Assembly (NCBI GenBank): GCA_965140445.1
Contig: OZ223236.1
Location: forward strand, 3,104,001 to 3,168,000
Reading direction: 5' to 3'
Source: Candidatus Ozemobacteraceae bacterium
GTDB lineage: Bacteria > Muiribacteriota > Ozemobacteria > Ozemobacterales > Ozemobacteraceae
DNA: 64,000 nt
A program made the position numbers and the translations under genes. The notes beneath the pieces were generated by a model that saw nothing but the letters and a program-made list of their open reading frames with translations, ran no database searches and was not told the DNA's origin. This document shows, one piece after another, positions 37,570 to 47,218 of the stretch (position 1 is the first letter of the stretch; every line of letters starts with the position of its first letter).

Positions 37570-38077
37570 GTTCTGACACCGTTATTCCCGCGCAAGCGGA
37601 TTTTTCCCACTGGAAAAATGTAGATTCCAGCCTGGTTACAAAGCAGAAAGTTGATTTAATCTGGCTGGTAGTTTAGTCAGGACATTTGTGATTAAAATCT
37701 GTATTAGTAATAGCAACTATAGTTTGTAAGGCTTGCAATGGTCAAGGCATTTATTTTGGGTGAATTTTTTACAAGCACTTACCCAGAATTTCTTGCTGAT
37801 AATATTTTAGCTAAATTGATTAATTAAAATTTGGAATAAGGCAAAGTAACTGGGAGCATTATTTGAAGAATGCTTTGTTATGCATTTTAAAAGTATTTAC
37901 GAAACCAGTGGGGAATTATTCTAAAATTTTAAAATAGTAATAATCTATTATTTTTTTGAGTGTTTCAAAGGATGTTTCAAAACATTCAGCGTTGTTATTA
38001 TGAAGTAGTTGCGGAAAAGTTAACATTTGGCCTGAAATGCATCATGCGAAAACAAAGAATACCAGGAGATATCATAA

Positions 38078-38377
38078 ATGAAATTAAAAGGTTTTTTAAT
38101 TATAGGTTTATTTACAGTTGCTTTCTTTGGAGCTTTTTTTTGGACAGGTTGCTGCGAAAAGCAGGACTCTGAATCTCAATCTGAAACAGGACCGGCTGAG
38201 GAAGCCGGCGCTAAATTGGACGAGACCATGGGAAAGGCTGGAGACAAAGCCAAAAAATTATTGGATGAAGCCAATGAAAAAATAAAAAAAGCGGCCAAAA
38301 AAACTGGCGAAGTTCTTGAAAGTGCTGGAGCAGCACTTGAGAAATCCGGTGAAGATATGCAGAAAGAGAAAAACTAG
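38078..38377 (+). CDS. Small lipoprotein, Ala/Lys/Glu-rich amphipathic repeats
   Basis: Lipobox-like WTGC; GPAEEAGAKLDE; AGGAG RBS. Confidence 0.7.
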   Translation: MKLKGFLIIGLFTVAFFGAFFWTGCCEKQDSESQSETGPAEEAGAKLDETMGKAGDKAKKLLDEANEKIKKAAKKTGEVLESAGAALEKSGEDMQKEKN

Positions 38378-38448
38378 AAACAAATCCTAACTAAGAATGT
38401 CCTGATCAAACGTTGCTAAGCAAAAAAATTAAATGAGGAGGATTTATT

Positions 38449-38859
38449 TTGGCAATACTGGGCAAAAAGAAAAGTTACTGGGTAAATTTCATAATTATAG
38501 CCAAACCAGGAAGCAGAGTATATGTGGCAGGAACATTTAACAACTGGGATCCGAAAGCTAATCCTCTAATTGAAGGTGCTGGCAAAGGAAACTTCATAAC
38601 AGAAATCCTTGTCCCTTTTGGAGAACACGAATACAAGTTTATTGTAAACGATCGGTGGCAAATTGATCCTTCTTGTAACAATCAGGTTTTGAACCCGTTT
38701 GGTTCTCAAAATAGTGTTGTTTCTACTAAAATGCATAAAACAAAAGCAAAGATTTCCTCGATGGAGTTTTTTTATGGTTTACCAAAAATTTCTACAGTTA
38801 GAATTAATGATTGGCTAAGGTCCCTTTGTATATCTGATCAGAAGGAATTAGTATCTTAA
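38449..38859 (+). CDS. CBM48/AMPK-beta-like glycogen-binding domain protein
   Basis: VYVAGTFNNWD, GEHEYKFIVNDRWQIDP, NPFGSQNSV; GAGGAGG before TTG. Confidence 0.88.
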   Translation: MAILGKKKSYWVNFIIIAKPGSRVYVAGTFNNWDPKANPLIEGAGKGNFITEILVPFGEHEYKFIVNDRWQIDPSCNNQVLNPFGSQNSVVSTKMHKTKAKISSMEFFYGLPKISTVRINDWLRSLCISDQKELVS

Positions 38860-39298
38860 AAAAAATGTCAATTTAAGAGTGGATAAACCCCGAATAGATA
38901 CAATTAGAGAGAGAAAAGTTTGAATTAATTCATCCTGCATAAAACAGGAAAGCTATTTCTGGTGAGTTTAATTTTGAAATTTAATGGTTTTATAGCGCAA
39001 AAACCATATTTTACTCCAAAAACTGGAGCAAGAAAATAATTGAACTCACTACACAAAAAATTTGCTAAGCCCTCTGATGTTATGTAGGATAAATAAAAGA
39101 TAAAAGTTTGATCTTTAAGAGGGGAACATTAGATTACAGTTTTTGTCCAATCTGGCTTTTATTTTTCCCACGTTTCTAGATAAAAAAATACAATAGTTTT
39201 TTAACTGATCGATCAAAAAGCAAACCTGAAAAAAAAAGCAAGGTTCCTTTGGTTGATACACCTAATACAGTACTTGGCATTATTACCAGGGGGAAAAC

Positions 39299-42274
39299 TT
39301 GGCCAAAAACAAAAAAGCTAAACCTGCCAGGAAAAATCAGTTGAGTATCTCTTGCGGGAAACAAATTGGTTTTCCAGTGAAAACCACGTTCCCAATAGTG
39401 GGCATAGGTGCCTCGGCCGGTGGATTAGAAGCCTTTGAAGATTTTTTCAGTTCTATGGATGAACCCATCGGAGCTGCCTTTATTCTGGTGAGCCATCTTG
39501 ATCCCAATCACGTCAGTATTCTACCTGAACTAATTCAGAAAAAAACAACGATGAAAGTTCATCAGGTTTTGGATAATAAGAAAGTTTTACCGAATCAGGT
39601 TTATATCATACCCCCAAATAAGGAATTGGCAATTTTAAATGGGACTTTGCAACTATTGGAAATCAATACTGCTCGACCACATATTCTGCTAATTGATACA
39701 TTTTTCCGCTCTCTCGCTGAGGATCAGGGGAATATGGCTATCGGCATTGTTCTCTCTGGAACAGGCACTGACGGGACTTTAGGCATTCGAGCCATTAAGG
39801 GAGAAGGTGGGATGGTCATGGCTCAAGATGTAGAGTCTGCCAAGTTCGATGGTATGCCAGAAAGTGCCATAGAAACAGGGATGATAGATTATATTTTGCC
39901 GCCAGCCAAAATGGGCAAGCAACTATTAGAGTATGTTAAACATATGTCTGTGAAACAGCCAAGCAATACAGAGAGTGCTCTGCAAAAAATATTTGTTATA
40001 CTGCGGTCCGCTACTGGTCATGATTTTTCACATTATAAACAAAACACAATCTTTCGCCGCATTGAACGGAGAATGCACATTCATCAGATTGATGCTATTC
40101 AGGATTATATCCGCTATCTTCAGACTTCTGAGAATGAGGCCACAATTCTTTTTAATGAATTGTTGATTGGAGTAACATGTTTCTTCAGAGATCCTGAAGC
40201 TTTTTTATCCTTAAAGGAAAAATATCTACCAGAATTTTTGGCAGATAAACCAGATGATTATCAGGTTAGGATTTGGGTTCCAGGTTGTTCAACGGGCGAA
40301 GAGGTCTACTCCATTGCTATCTTGTTTCAAGAGTGCATGGAGATAATGAAACGGAATTTTTCGGTCCAGATTTTTGGAACGGACCTTGATGAAAAAGCCA
40401 TCAGCTTTGCCAGAGCAGGTATTTACCCTGAATCTGTTTTTGCTGACATTTCTTTGCCCAGATTAAGAACATTTTTTACTAAAGATGAGAACCATTACAA
40501 GATAAAAAAAAGCATTCGGGAAATAGTTATCTTTGCTCAACAGAATGTTATTAAGGATCCCCCTTTTACCAAACTTGATTTAATCTGTTGTCGCAATTTG
40601 CTTATCTACTTTGACCAGGAGTTGCAGAAAAAACTTTTGCCCATCTTTCACTACAGTCTTAAACCGGGTGGCCTTCTTTTTCTTGGGTCATCCGAATCTG
40701 TTACTCAAGCCTCGGATCTTTTTTCCTCACTGGATAAAAAGTGGAAAATTTTCAGATGCCAAAATTCCTTTAAAGGAGTTTCCACTGTTTTAAATTTTCA
40801 ATCCACAGGAACCATTGGAGCGATTACGGAAAAAATCTCTAATTCCAAAACAAGGAAGCTTTCGAACAATATGAATCCAATCAAACTATTGAAATCAATT
40901 ATTGCACAGAGTGATATGTCGACTTTTGTGGTTATTGATGAGCAATGCAATATTCTTTATTTCCATGGACGAACAGGAAGCTATCTTGAACCAGCGGAAG
41001 GAGAAGCAAGTCTTAATATTCTGGAAATGGCAAGACCTGGCTTGAAGTCTGAACTCAATAAGGCGATACGCAAAATGAAGACTGCGCAGAGCGAAGTTAT
41101 AGTTAAGAATTTGCATGTGCTGGAAGATGCCGGGCATAAAATAAACCTTATTGTCAGGCCGTTGAATGATTTGCAAACAGAACATCGCGCTTTAATTATG
41201 GTTATTTTTGAAGAAATTGCAATTTCTGGAAGCAAAGCCATTAGCGATACTACTAAGCCCAAAGGAAAAGTTAAAAAGGAAGAATTAATAAAACTCCAGG
41301 AAGAACTGCAGAATATGCGGGAAAGCCTGCATACAACAATTGAGGAACTGGAGACTGCTAATGAAGAGCAGAAGTCTACAAACGAGGAATTGCAGAGCAC
41401 AAATGAAGAGTTGCAAAGCACCAATGAAGAATTGGAAACTTCAAAAGAAGAGCTTCAGTCGTTAAATGAAGAATCGGGGACAGTAAATCTAGAGTTACAA
41501 AGTAGAATTGATGAGCTTGAGACAGCCAATGACGACATGAAAAACCTTTTAGATGCAACCGAGATTGCCACCATCTTTCTTGATATTGATCTTAACATCA
41601 GGCGTTTTACTTCAAAAGCAACTGAGTTAATTTCTCTAACGAGCTCAGATATTGGGCGTCCAGTAAGCCATTTTACAACTAAGCTTAAAAAAACCAACCT
41701 GGCCAAGTATGCCAAAGCGGTATTGGATGATCTTGCAACAAGGGAAGTTGAAGTTGAAGATACGGTTGGATCAACCTTTCGTATGCGGCTCAGACCCTAT
41801 CGTACAACCAATAATGTTATCGATGGGGTGGTAATAATCTTTGATGATCTTAGCGAAATGAAACAAATCGTAAAGGCAAAGCGGCTGGCCGTAATTGTTG
41901 AAGATTCCAATGACGCAATCATTCTGCATGATTTTTCTGGAAACATTTCTGCATGGAACAAAGGCGCAGAAAAGATGTATGGCTATTCAGAAGCCGAGGC
42001 TTTATCCATGAACATCCTTGATACTTTACCCAAAGAGAAAAAAAAGGAAACACAGCTTTTCCTTTCAAGGTTAAAGATAGATGATGATTCCTTAAAGCCT
42101 TTTATACTGGATAGAATCAGGAGAGACGGTACTATTGCTTCAGTTTGGGCCACTTTCACCCTTTTAAAAAATCAGGATAATAGTCTGGATGCCGTAGCAA
42201 CAACAGAAAGAGATTTAAGCCTCCTGAATAAAGATGCCCTTTTAAAACTTACAGGGGGAAACCATGATAAATGA
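39299..42274 (+). CDS. cheBR: CheB methylesterase/CheR methyltransferase fusion with PAS domains and coiled coil
   Basis: GIGASAGG, SHLDP, GTDG (CheB triad); RIWVPGCSTGEE, CRNLLIYF (CheR); STNEELQ heptads. Confidence 0.95.
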   Translation: MAKNKKAKPARKNQLSISCGKQIGFPVKTTFPIVGIGASAGGLEAFEDFFSSMDEPIGAAFILVSHLDPNHVSILPELIQKKTTMKVHQVLDNKKVLPNQVYIIPPNKELAILNGTLQLLEINTARPHILLIDTFFRSLAEDQGNMAIGIVLSGTGTDGTLGIRAIKGEGGMVMAQDVESAKFDGMPESAIETGMIDYILPPAKMGKQLLEYVKHMSVKQPSNTESALQKIFVILRSATGHDFSHYKQNTIFRRIERRMHIHQIDAIQDYIRYLQTSENEATILFNELLIGVTCFFRDPEAFLSLKEKYLPEFLADKPDDYQVRIWVPGCSTGEEVYSIAILFQECMEIMKRNFSVQIFGTDLDEKAISFARAGIYPESVFADISLPRLRTFFTKDENHYKIKKSIREIVIFAQQNVIKDPPFTKLDLICCRNLLIYFDQELQKKLLPIFHYSLKPGGLLFLGSSESVTQASDLFSSLDKKWKIFRCQNSFKGVSTVLNFQSTGTIGAITEKISNSKTRKLSNNMNPIKLLKSIIAQSDMSTFVVIDEQCNILYFHGRTGSYLEPAEGEASLNILEMARPGLKSELNKAIRKMKTAQSEVIVKNLHVLEDAGHKINLIVRPLNDLQTEHRALIMVIFEEIAISGSKAISDTTKPKGKVKKEELIKLQEELQNMRESLHTTIEELETANEEQKSTNEELQSTNEELQSTNEELETSKEELQSLNEESGTVNLELQSRIDELETANDDMKNLLDATEIATIFLDIDLNIRRFTSKATELISLTSSDIGRPVSHFTTKLKKTNLAKYAKAVLDDLATREVEVEDTVGSTFRMRLRPYRTTNNVIDGVVIIFDDLSEMKQIVKAKRLAVIVEDSNDAIILHDFSGNISAWNKGAEKMYGYSEAEALSMNILDTLPKEKKKETQLFLSRLKIDDDSLKPFILDRIRRDGTIASVWATFTLLKNQDNSLDAVATTERDLSLLNKDALLKLTGGNHDK
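41342..41471 (+). repeat. Imperfect 21-nt coding heptad repeats (EELQSTN)
   Basis: EELETANEEQKSTNEELQSTNEELQSTNEELETSKEELQSLNEE. Confidence 0.7.
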
Positions 42275-44357
42275 GAATTTCCAAGGATCAGATAAATTTG
42301 CCAAACTACGAAAGAGGGCTCAGATTTACTTGTTTGCAAACCCGAAAGAGACTGTTAAATTTTCTCAGGAAGATGTTAAAAAGCTGGTACACGAACTTGA
42401 TACTTATCAAGTCGAACTTGAATTACAAAATAAAGATCTTCGTGAAGCTCAGCTTGAGCTTGAAAAATCTCGCCACCGTCTTTCTGATCTCTATGATTTT
42501 GCTCCAGTAGGGTATTTAACTATAAGTAGCAAAGGACTTATTGTAGAGGCAAACCTTGCGGCATCAGAGATGGTTGGTGTTGACAGGAGAGGCCTTTTAA
42601 ACCAGCCTTTATTCAAATTTCTTTGTGAAGCAGATCAGGATATACATTATAAATGTCGAAAAAAACTCCTTGATTCAAAAGAACCTCAAACTTACAGTCT
42701 ACGTATGAAAAAACTTGATGGAAGCGTTTTTCATGCCCAGTTAAAAACGGTTGTTACTCCAAACGTTGATGGTAAAGATGGACAATTCAGATTAAACTTT
42801 ACGGATATAACTGAGCAAAAACAACTTGAAAATGCTCTCAAAGAAAGTAAAGAAGAATGGGAAAAAACATTTGATTCCATGAATGATATTGTCACTCTCA
42901 TGGATAAAAACTTTTGTATTATAAGGGCTAATAAAAAGGCCCATGAATTTTTTGAAGCAAAATCGGGAGAATTAAAGGGCCATTATTGCTATGAACTTTT
43001 TAGGGATTCCAATGTTCCATGCGCTGATTGTAATATTGTTAAAGCTATCTCAGGCGAAAAAATACATAGCGAAAAAACAATCGAACACAATAAGTTTAAT
43101 AAAATATTTCAGGTCTCTTTTTCCTCCGTGCTAGATAGTGATGGAAAATTTCAACGTCTGATACATATTGCCAAAGACATTACCGAAATTAGAGCCTTGG
43201 AAGAAAAGCTCTATCAATCCCATAAAATGGAGGCAATGGGTACTTTAGCTGGTGGGATTGCTCATGATTTTAACAACATTCTTGCATCTATATTGGGCTT
43301 TGCTAGTTTGATAAAAGAAGAATCAGCAGATTCGCCCGCTTTAAAAGGGTACGTTTCTCAAATATTAAAATCAGGAAATCGTGCTAAAGAATTGGTAAAG
43401 CAAATTCTAGCTTTCAGTAGAAAAAAACATGGGCAAAAGCTGGAAACGATGCAACCCCAAATTTTAATAAAAGAGATACTGCAAATGTTACGGTCTTCTT
43501 TGCCCTCGACAATAGAAATCATAGGTAAGATTGATTCTAGTTGTAACTGGATTCTTGCAGACCCAACCCAAATTCATCAAGTTGTTGTTAATCTCTTCAA
43601 TAATGCCTTTCAAGCAATGGAAAATGAAAAGGGGATAATTTATGTAGAATTATCCAATGTCGTTTTAAAAGAAGAAGATTTGCAAGGAGAAACGGATGTT
43701 TCCCCTGGTAATTTTGTTGAATTTGTAGTTCAAGATAATGGTTCAGGTATGGATAAAGATATTATTAAAAATATTTTTGAACCTTACTTTACTACAAAGG
43801 AAGTTGGAAAAGGCTCTGGGATTGGGTTAGCCGTGGTTCATGGCATAGTAAAGAACCATGGAGGACTAGTAAGAGTAAAAAGTGAAGTAGCAAAAGGTTC
43901 AACTTTCCGCGTTTATTTTCCAGCAAAAGATAGAATTGAACCTATAGTAATTCCAGATGAAGAAGAAAAGTTGTTGAAAGGCACCGAAAGAATACTTGTT
44001 GTGGATGATGAAGAAATGGTCGTCAACTATATGGAGGAATTTCTAAAACTACAGGGCTATAATGTTACCTCACATACTAGTAGCGTTGATGCCTTAAATG
44101 ATTTTGTCTCAAGACCCCAGGAATTTGATCTTGTCATAACCGATCAGACAATGCCCAAAATGACAGGAATGGAGTTATCTAAGAAGTTGATGGAAGTTAG
44201 ATATGATATTCCAGTAATTTTGTGCACAGGCTATAGTTCAATAGTTGATGAACAAAAAGCAAAGAGTATTGGTATAAAGCGGTTTGCAATGAAGCCCGTT
44301 GAGATGCAAGACCTTTTTAAAATTGTTCGAGAAGTAATTGATGAAAAATGCCCCTAG
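42264..44357 (+). CDS. PAS hybrid histidine kinase with receiver domain
   Basis: ELDTYQVELELQN..DLYDFAPVGY; LAGGIAHDFNNIL; FTTK..GSGIGL; VVDDE, TDQTMP, MKP. Confidence 0.95.
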   Translation: MINENFQGSDKFAKLRKRAQIYLFANPKETVKFSQEDVKKLVHELDTYQVELELQNKDLREAQLELEKSRHRLSDLYDFAPVGYLTISSKGLIVEANLAASEMVGVDRRGLLNQPLFKFLCEADQDIHYKCRKKLLDSKEPQTYSLRMKKLDGSVFHAQLKTVVTPNVDGKDGQFRLNFTDITEQKQLENALKESKEEWEKTFDSMNDIVTLMDKNFCIIRANKKAHEFFEAKSGELKGHYCYELFRDSNVPCADCNIVKAISGEKIHSEKTIEHNKFNKIFQVSFSSVLDSDGKFQRLIHIAKDITEIRALEEKLYQSHKMEAMGTLAGGIAHDFNNILASILGFASLIKEESADSPALKGYVSQILKSGNRAKELVKQILAFSRKKHGQKLETMQPQILIKEILQMLRSSLPSTIEIIGKIDSSCNWILADPTQIHQVVVNLFNNAFQAMENEKGIIYVELSNVVLKEEDLQGETDVSPGNFVEFVVQDNGSGMDKDIIKNIFEPYFTTKEVGKGSGIGLAVVHGIVKNHGGLVRVKSEVAKGSTFRVYFPAKDRIEPIVIPDEEEKLLKGTERILVVDDEEMVVNYMEEFLKLQGYNVTSHTSSVDALNDFVSRPQEFDLVITDQTMPKMTGMELSKKLMEVRYDIPVILCTGYSSIVDEQKAKSIGIKRFAMKPVEMQDLFKIVREVIDEKCP

Positions 44358-44496
44358 AAGAGTCCCAAATTAATTATTGCAAATATCCAAAACTTTATTT
44401 GCAAATCATTATAAGCACTAAATTTCCATTCGACAGAAATGATTAGTATACTAAGTGAACTTTTAGATTTAAAAATTAATTAATTTAAGGGTCGCC

Positions 44497-45021
44497 ATGG
44501 AAACAAAACTAACCCCAAATGATAAAATGCTTTTTGCTTTAGTTGGAGTGCTATATTTAGCTAGCTTTATCCTATTCTTTGATACAACCTGGGTTCTTTT
44601 TCGTACATACAGAGTAAAGGGTACAATATTAAAAACCAAAAAAGTTACCCTGAGCGATAAAAGGCATACGGTAGTTACTGAAGCAACAATTAAATACAAG
44701 GCAAAAAACAAAAATGAATATGAATTCGTAGGACGGGTTGCCAGTCATTTTAGTGCGGGAAATGAAATTCCTGTCAGAGTTTATAAGAACACACCTGGTG
44801 AAGCAGTGGTCTTTTTAGATGGTTTTCCGTTTACAAAAGCTGTCGCTGCATTTGCTTTTGCCACTTTTATGTTTTTTATCGCTTTTTTCCAGGCAAAAGA
44901 AAATGCTAAAAAAGCCAATTTTAAGGGCTTTTCCGGCAATAATTTTAATAAGAAAAAGGATTCAGAACTCTATGAGCTAGAGCGTCTTGAAGCTGAAGAA
45001 AGAAATAGCAAAAAATATTAG
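44497..45021 (+). CDS. Two-TM membrane protein (DUF3592-like)
   Basis: TM, beta domain (GNEIPVRV..TP), TM. Confidence 0.55.
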   Translation: METKLTPNDKMLFALVGVLYLASFILFFDTTWVLFRTYRVKGTILKTKKVTLSDKRHTVVTEATIKYKAKNKNEYEFVGRVASHFSAGNEIPVRVYKNTPGEAVVFLDGFPFTKAVAAFAFATFMFFIAFFQAKENAKKANFKGFSGNNFNKKKDSELYELERLEAEERNSKKY

Positions 45022-45150
45022 ATGAAGTAGCGAAAGGCCAAATATATTATTTTTATTGGTTAAATTAGGAAGTTTATTTCGATATATGCTTCAATTTTTG
45101 AAATAATGTATTATACTAATAGTAGGAAGTATTTTTTCAGGGGGGTAACA

Positions 45151-45396
45151 ATGAGAACAATCGCTGGGATTCTCTGTTTTTTCCTTTTGATGTATATGCT
45201 GACTTTTGTTCAGCTAAACAGCAAAGCGGATGGAATTCTATTGGTAGCTCCCGGAACCTTAAGTGCTAATGAATGGAACATGCATTCTGCATGGTGGTTA
45301 GCATTACCTATCATCTTTGGTGTTTACTTGTTGGTTACGGGTGAAAAAGACTACTACGAGGCAAAAGAAAAGAAAAAGAGAAAGGCCGAAGAGTAA
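45151..45396 (+). CDS. Small two-TM hypothetical protein
   Basis: AGGGGG RBS before ATG 45151; two hydrophobic segments. Confidence 0.6.
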   Translation: MRTIAGILCFFLLMYMLTFVQLNSKADGILLVAPGTLSANEWNMHSAWWLALPIIFGVYLLVTGEKDYYEAKEKKKRKAEE

Positions 45397-45407
45397 AAGT
45401 CGCGTTT

Positions 45408-45435
45408 AAAAAGAGGCCGAATGCGGCCTTTTTTT
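45408..45435 (+). terminator. Intrinsic terminator
   Basis: AGGCCG-aatg-CGGCCT plus T tract. Confidence 0.75.
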
Positions 45436-45507
45436 ATTTATAAAAAAAAGAAAAAAAATTTCCCAAAACTATTCCGTGTTCTTAATTTTATTATTATAAT
45501 CGAATGT

Positions 45508-46425
45508 ATGAGACTAAATAATAAGCTACAAAATAAGGTGTGGGTATTCCTACTGATGCTCGGGCTCGCAGTTTCAACTGTGTCAGCTCAGACTAATCTT
45601 GAAGAAGCAAGAGGCCAATGGTATAAGGAGGCCAGCGAGCAACTCTATCAACTCGAACAAGAATGTCCAAGGCAACAGGCGAGAATCGTAAAGATTAAGG
45701 AAAAGCTGCAAAAGCTTTTCAAGGTTACTGTAGAAAGTGTTCCTGGATATAGCTTTACCAGGGTCTCTAGTAACACCAGCCGTGGTAGAGTATATTCCAA
45801 AGATGATTGGAAAGAATTTTACGCTTCTACCAGAGGCAAAAGAAACGGTACATTGAAGCAAGAACTTCAGGAACAGATTAAAAACAATAAGTTTCTTGTT
45901 TATTCTGATTCCAGAAAACATATTTTTCTTAACGTTGAAAAATTTGGTGGCTATGTCGAGTGCCTATATACCGGAAGAATCTGGGAAGGCAAAGGAATGC
46001 CTAATAGTAACAATTTTAATATAGAGCATTCTTGGCCACAGTCTAAAGGTGCAAAGGGAATCGCTAAGGGCGATCTTCATCATCTTTTTCCAACGGATTC
46101 AAAAGCTAACTCAACAAGAGGTTCATTGCCTTTTGGAGAAATTACTTCATCTAAATGGGCTCAGGGCGGAAGCAAATGCGATGGTCGTCATTTTGATGTT
46201 AAAAAGAAATCTCGTGGCAACATTGCTAGAGCATTGTTCTATTTTTCCACTAGATACAATATGAAAATTGATGATGACCAGGAAAATACTTTAAAGAAAT
46301 GGCACAAAGAAGATCCGGTCGATGCCAATGAACGTGCCAGAAATGATCGTGTTGAAGAAATTCAGGGTAATCGCAATCCTTTTATTGATCACCCAGAATA
46401 TGTTTCTCAAATATCTGATTTCTAA
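45508..46425 (+). CDS. Secreted endonuclease I family nuclease
   Basis: NIEHSWPQS, DLHHLFP, NSTRG, RGNIARALFYF, QGNRNPFIDHPE; signal peptide; ORF open from 45421. Confidence 0.92.
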   Translation: MRLNNKLQNKVWVFLLMLGLAVSTVSAQTNLEEARGQWYKEASEQLYQLEQECPRQQARIVKIKEKLQKLFKVTVESVPGYSFTRVSSNTSRGRVYSKDDWKEFYASTRGKRNGTLKQELQEQIKNNKFLVYSDSRKHIFLNVEKFGGYVECLYTGRIWEGKGMPNSNNFNIEHSWPQSKGAKGIAKGDLHHLFPTDSKANSTRGSLPFGEITSSKWAQGGSKCDGRHFDVKKKSRGNIARALFYFSTRYNMKIDDDQENTLKKWHKEDPVDANERARNDRVEEIQGNRNPFIDHPEYVSQISDF

Positions 46426-46443
46426 ATCCTAACCAACCTTTTG

Positions 46444-46470
46444 GGCGGCTTTTAAGCCGCCTTTTTTTTT
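46444..46470 (+). terminator. Intrinsic terminator
   Basis: GGCGGCTT-tt-AAGCCGCC plus T9. Confidence 0.85.
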
Positions 46471-46533
46471 GCGTAAAAATTTAAATTATATGATATCCTT
46501 CTAAAAAGATTGTTTGAAACATGGAGGTTTTGG

Positions 46534-47166
46534 ATGGTTGTGAGGCTAAGAGTTTTCACTTTAATGCTGGTTATAGCGAGCGTGTTTTTGTTGCCTGTAA
46601 ATGGTAAGGCGGCTGATGGTTACCGATATTATAAAGTTCAAATAGGTACACCTTTTGTTCATTATGATATTGAAGACATTTTTCATCAGAGGTGGGTTAG
46701 TACTTATTTAAGAGGAAAGCCGGTAATTATGCTTACTGGGCATCGTTATCATCGTTATGAAATTCTTAAATGGGCGGAAACCTTTAGACAGGAATACGGC
46801 CTTCCAGGTCATGTTCATTTGTTGTGGGTGGTTAATTTAAGAAAATTCCCTTGGTCAACCAGCCGTGGAACAGTGATTAAACAATGGAGAGATTTTAATG
46901 CTCCGATTCCTGTTCTTATGGATTGGGATGGTGTTGTCGGAAAGGCTTTAAAAATTAACTACAATGTACCTAATATCATTGTTATTGATGCTTTTGGTCG
47001 CCTGGCAATGCATGAAATGCACACTTACACCCCGGAAGTTTATTCTGCGGTATCTGCCAGAGTTAAAAGCTTGTTAACTGTTAATCCCGGGATAGCTAAA
47101 CCTGTGGTTGGAGCTCCAATGGATATTCTTCCTCCACCAGTTGGCAGCCACGGCGATTCTAATTAA
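46534..47166 (+). CDS. Exported thioredoxin-fold protein lacking cysteines
   Basis: LRGKPVIML, PVLMDWDG, VPNIIVIDAFGR; GGAGG RBS. Confidence 0.6.
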   Translation: MVVRLRVFTLMLVIASVFLLPVNGKAADGYRYYKVQIGTPFVHYDIEDIFHQRWVSTYLRGKPVIMLTGHRYHRYEILKWAETFRQEYGLPGHVHLLWVVNLRKFPWSTSRGTVIKQWRDFNAPIPVLMDWDGVVGKALKINYNVPNIIVIDAFGRLAMHEMHTYTPEVYSAVSARVKSLLTVNPGIAKPVVGAPMDILPPPVGSHGDSN

Positions 47167-47173
47167 TTAGTTC

Positions 47174-47215
47174 TATAAAAAAAAGGGCTGTCCAATCGGA
47201 CAGCCCTTTTTTTAT
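47174..47215. terminator. Bidirectional intrinsic terminator
   Basis: A8-GGGCTGTCC-aatc-GGACAGCCC-T7. Confidence 0.9.
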
Positions 47216-47218
47216 ACT

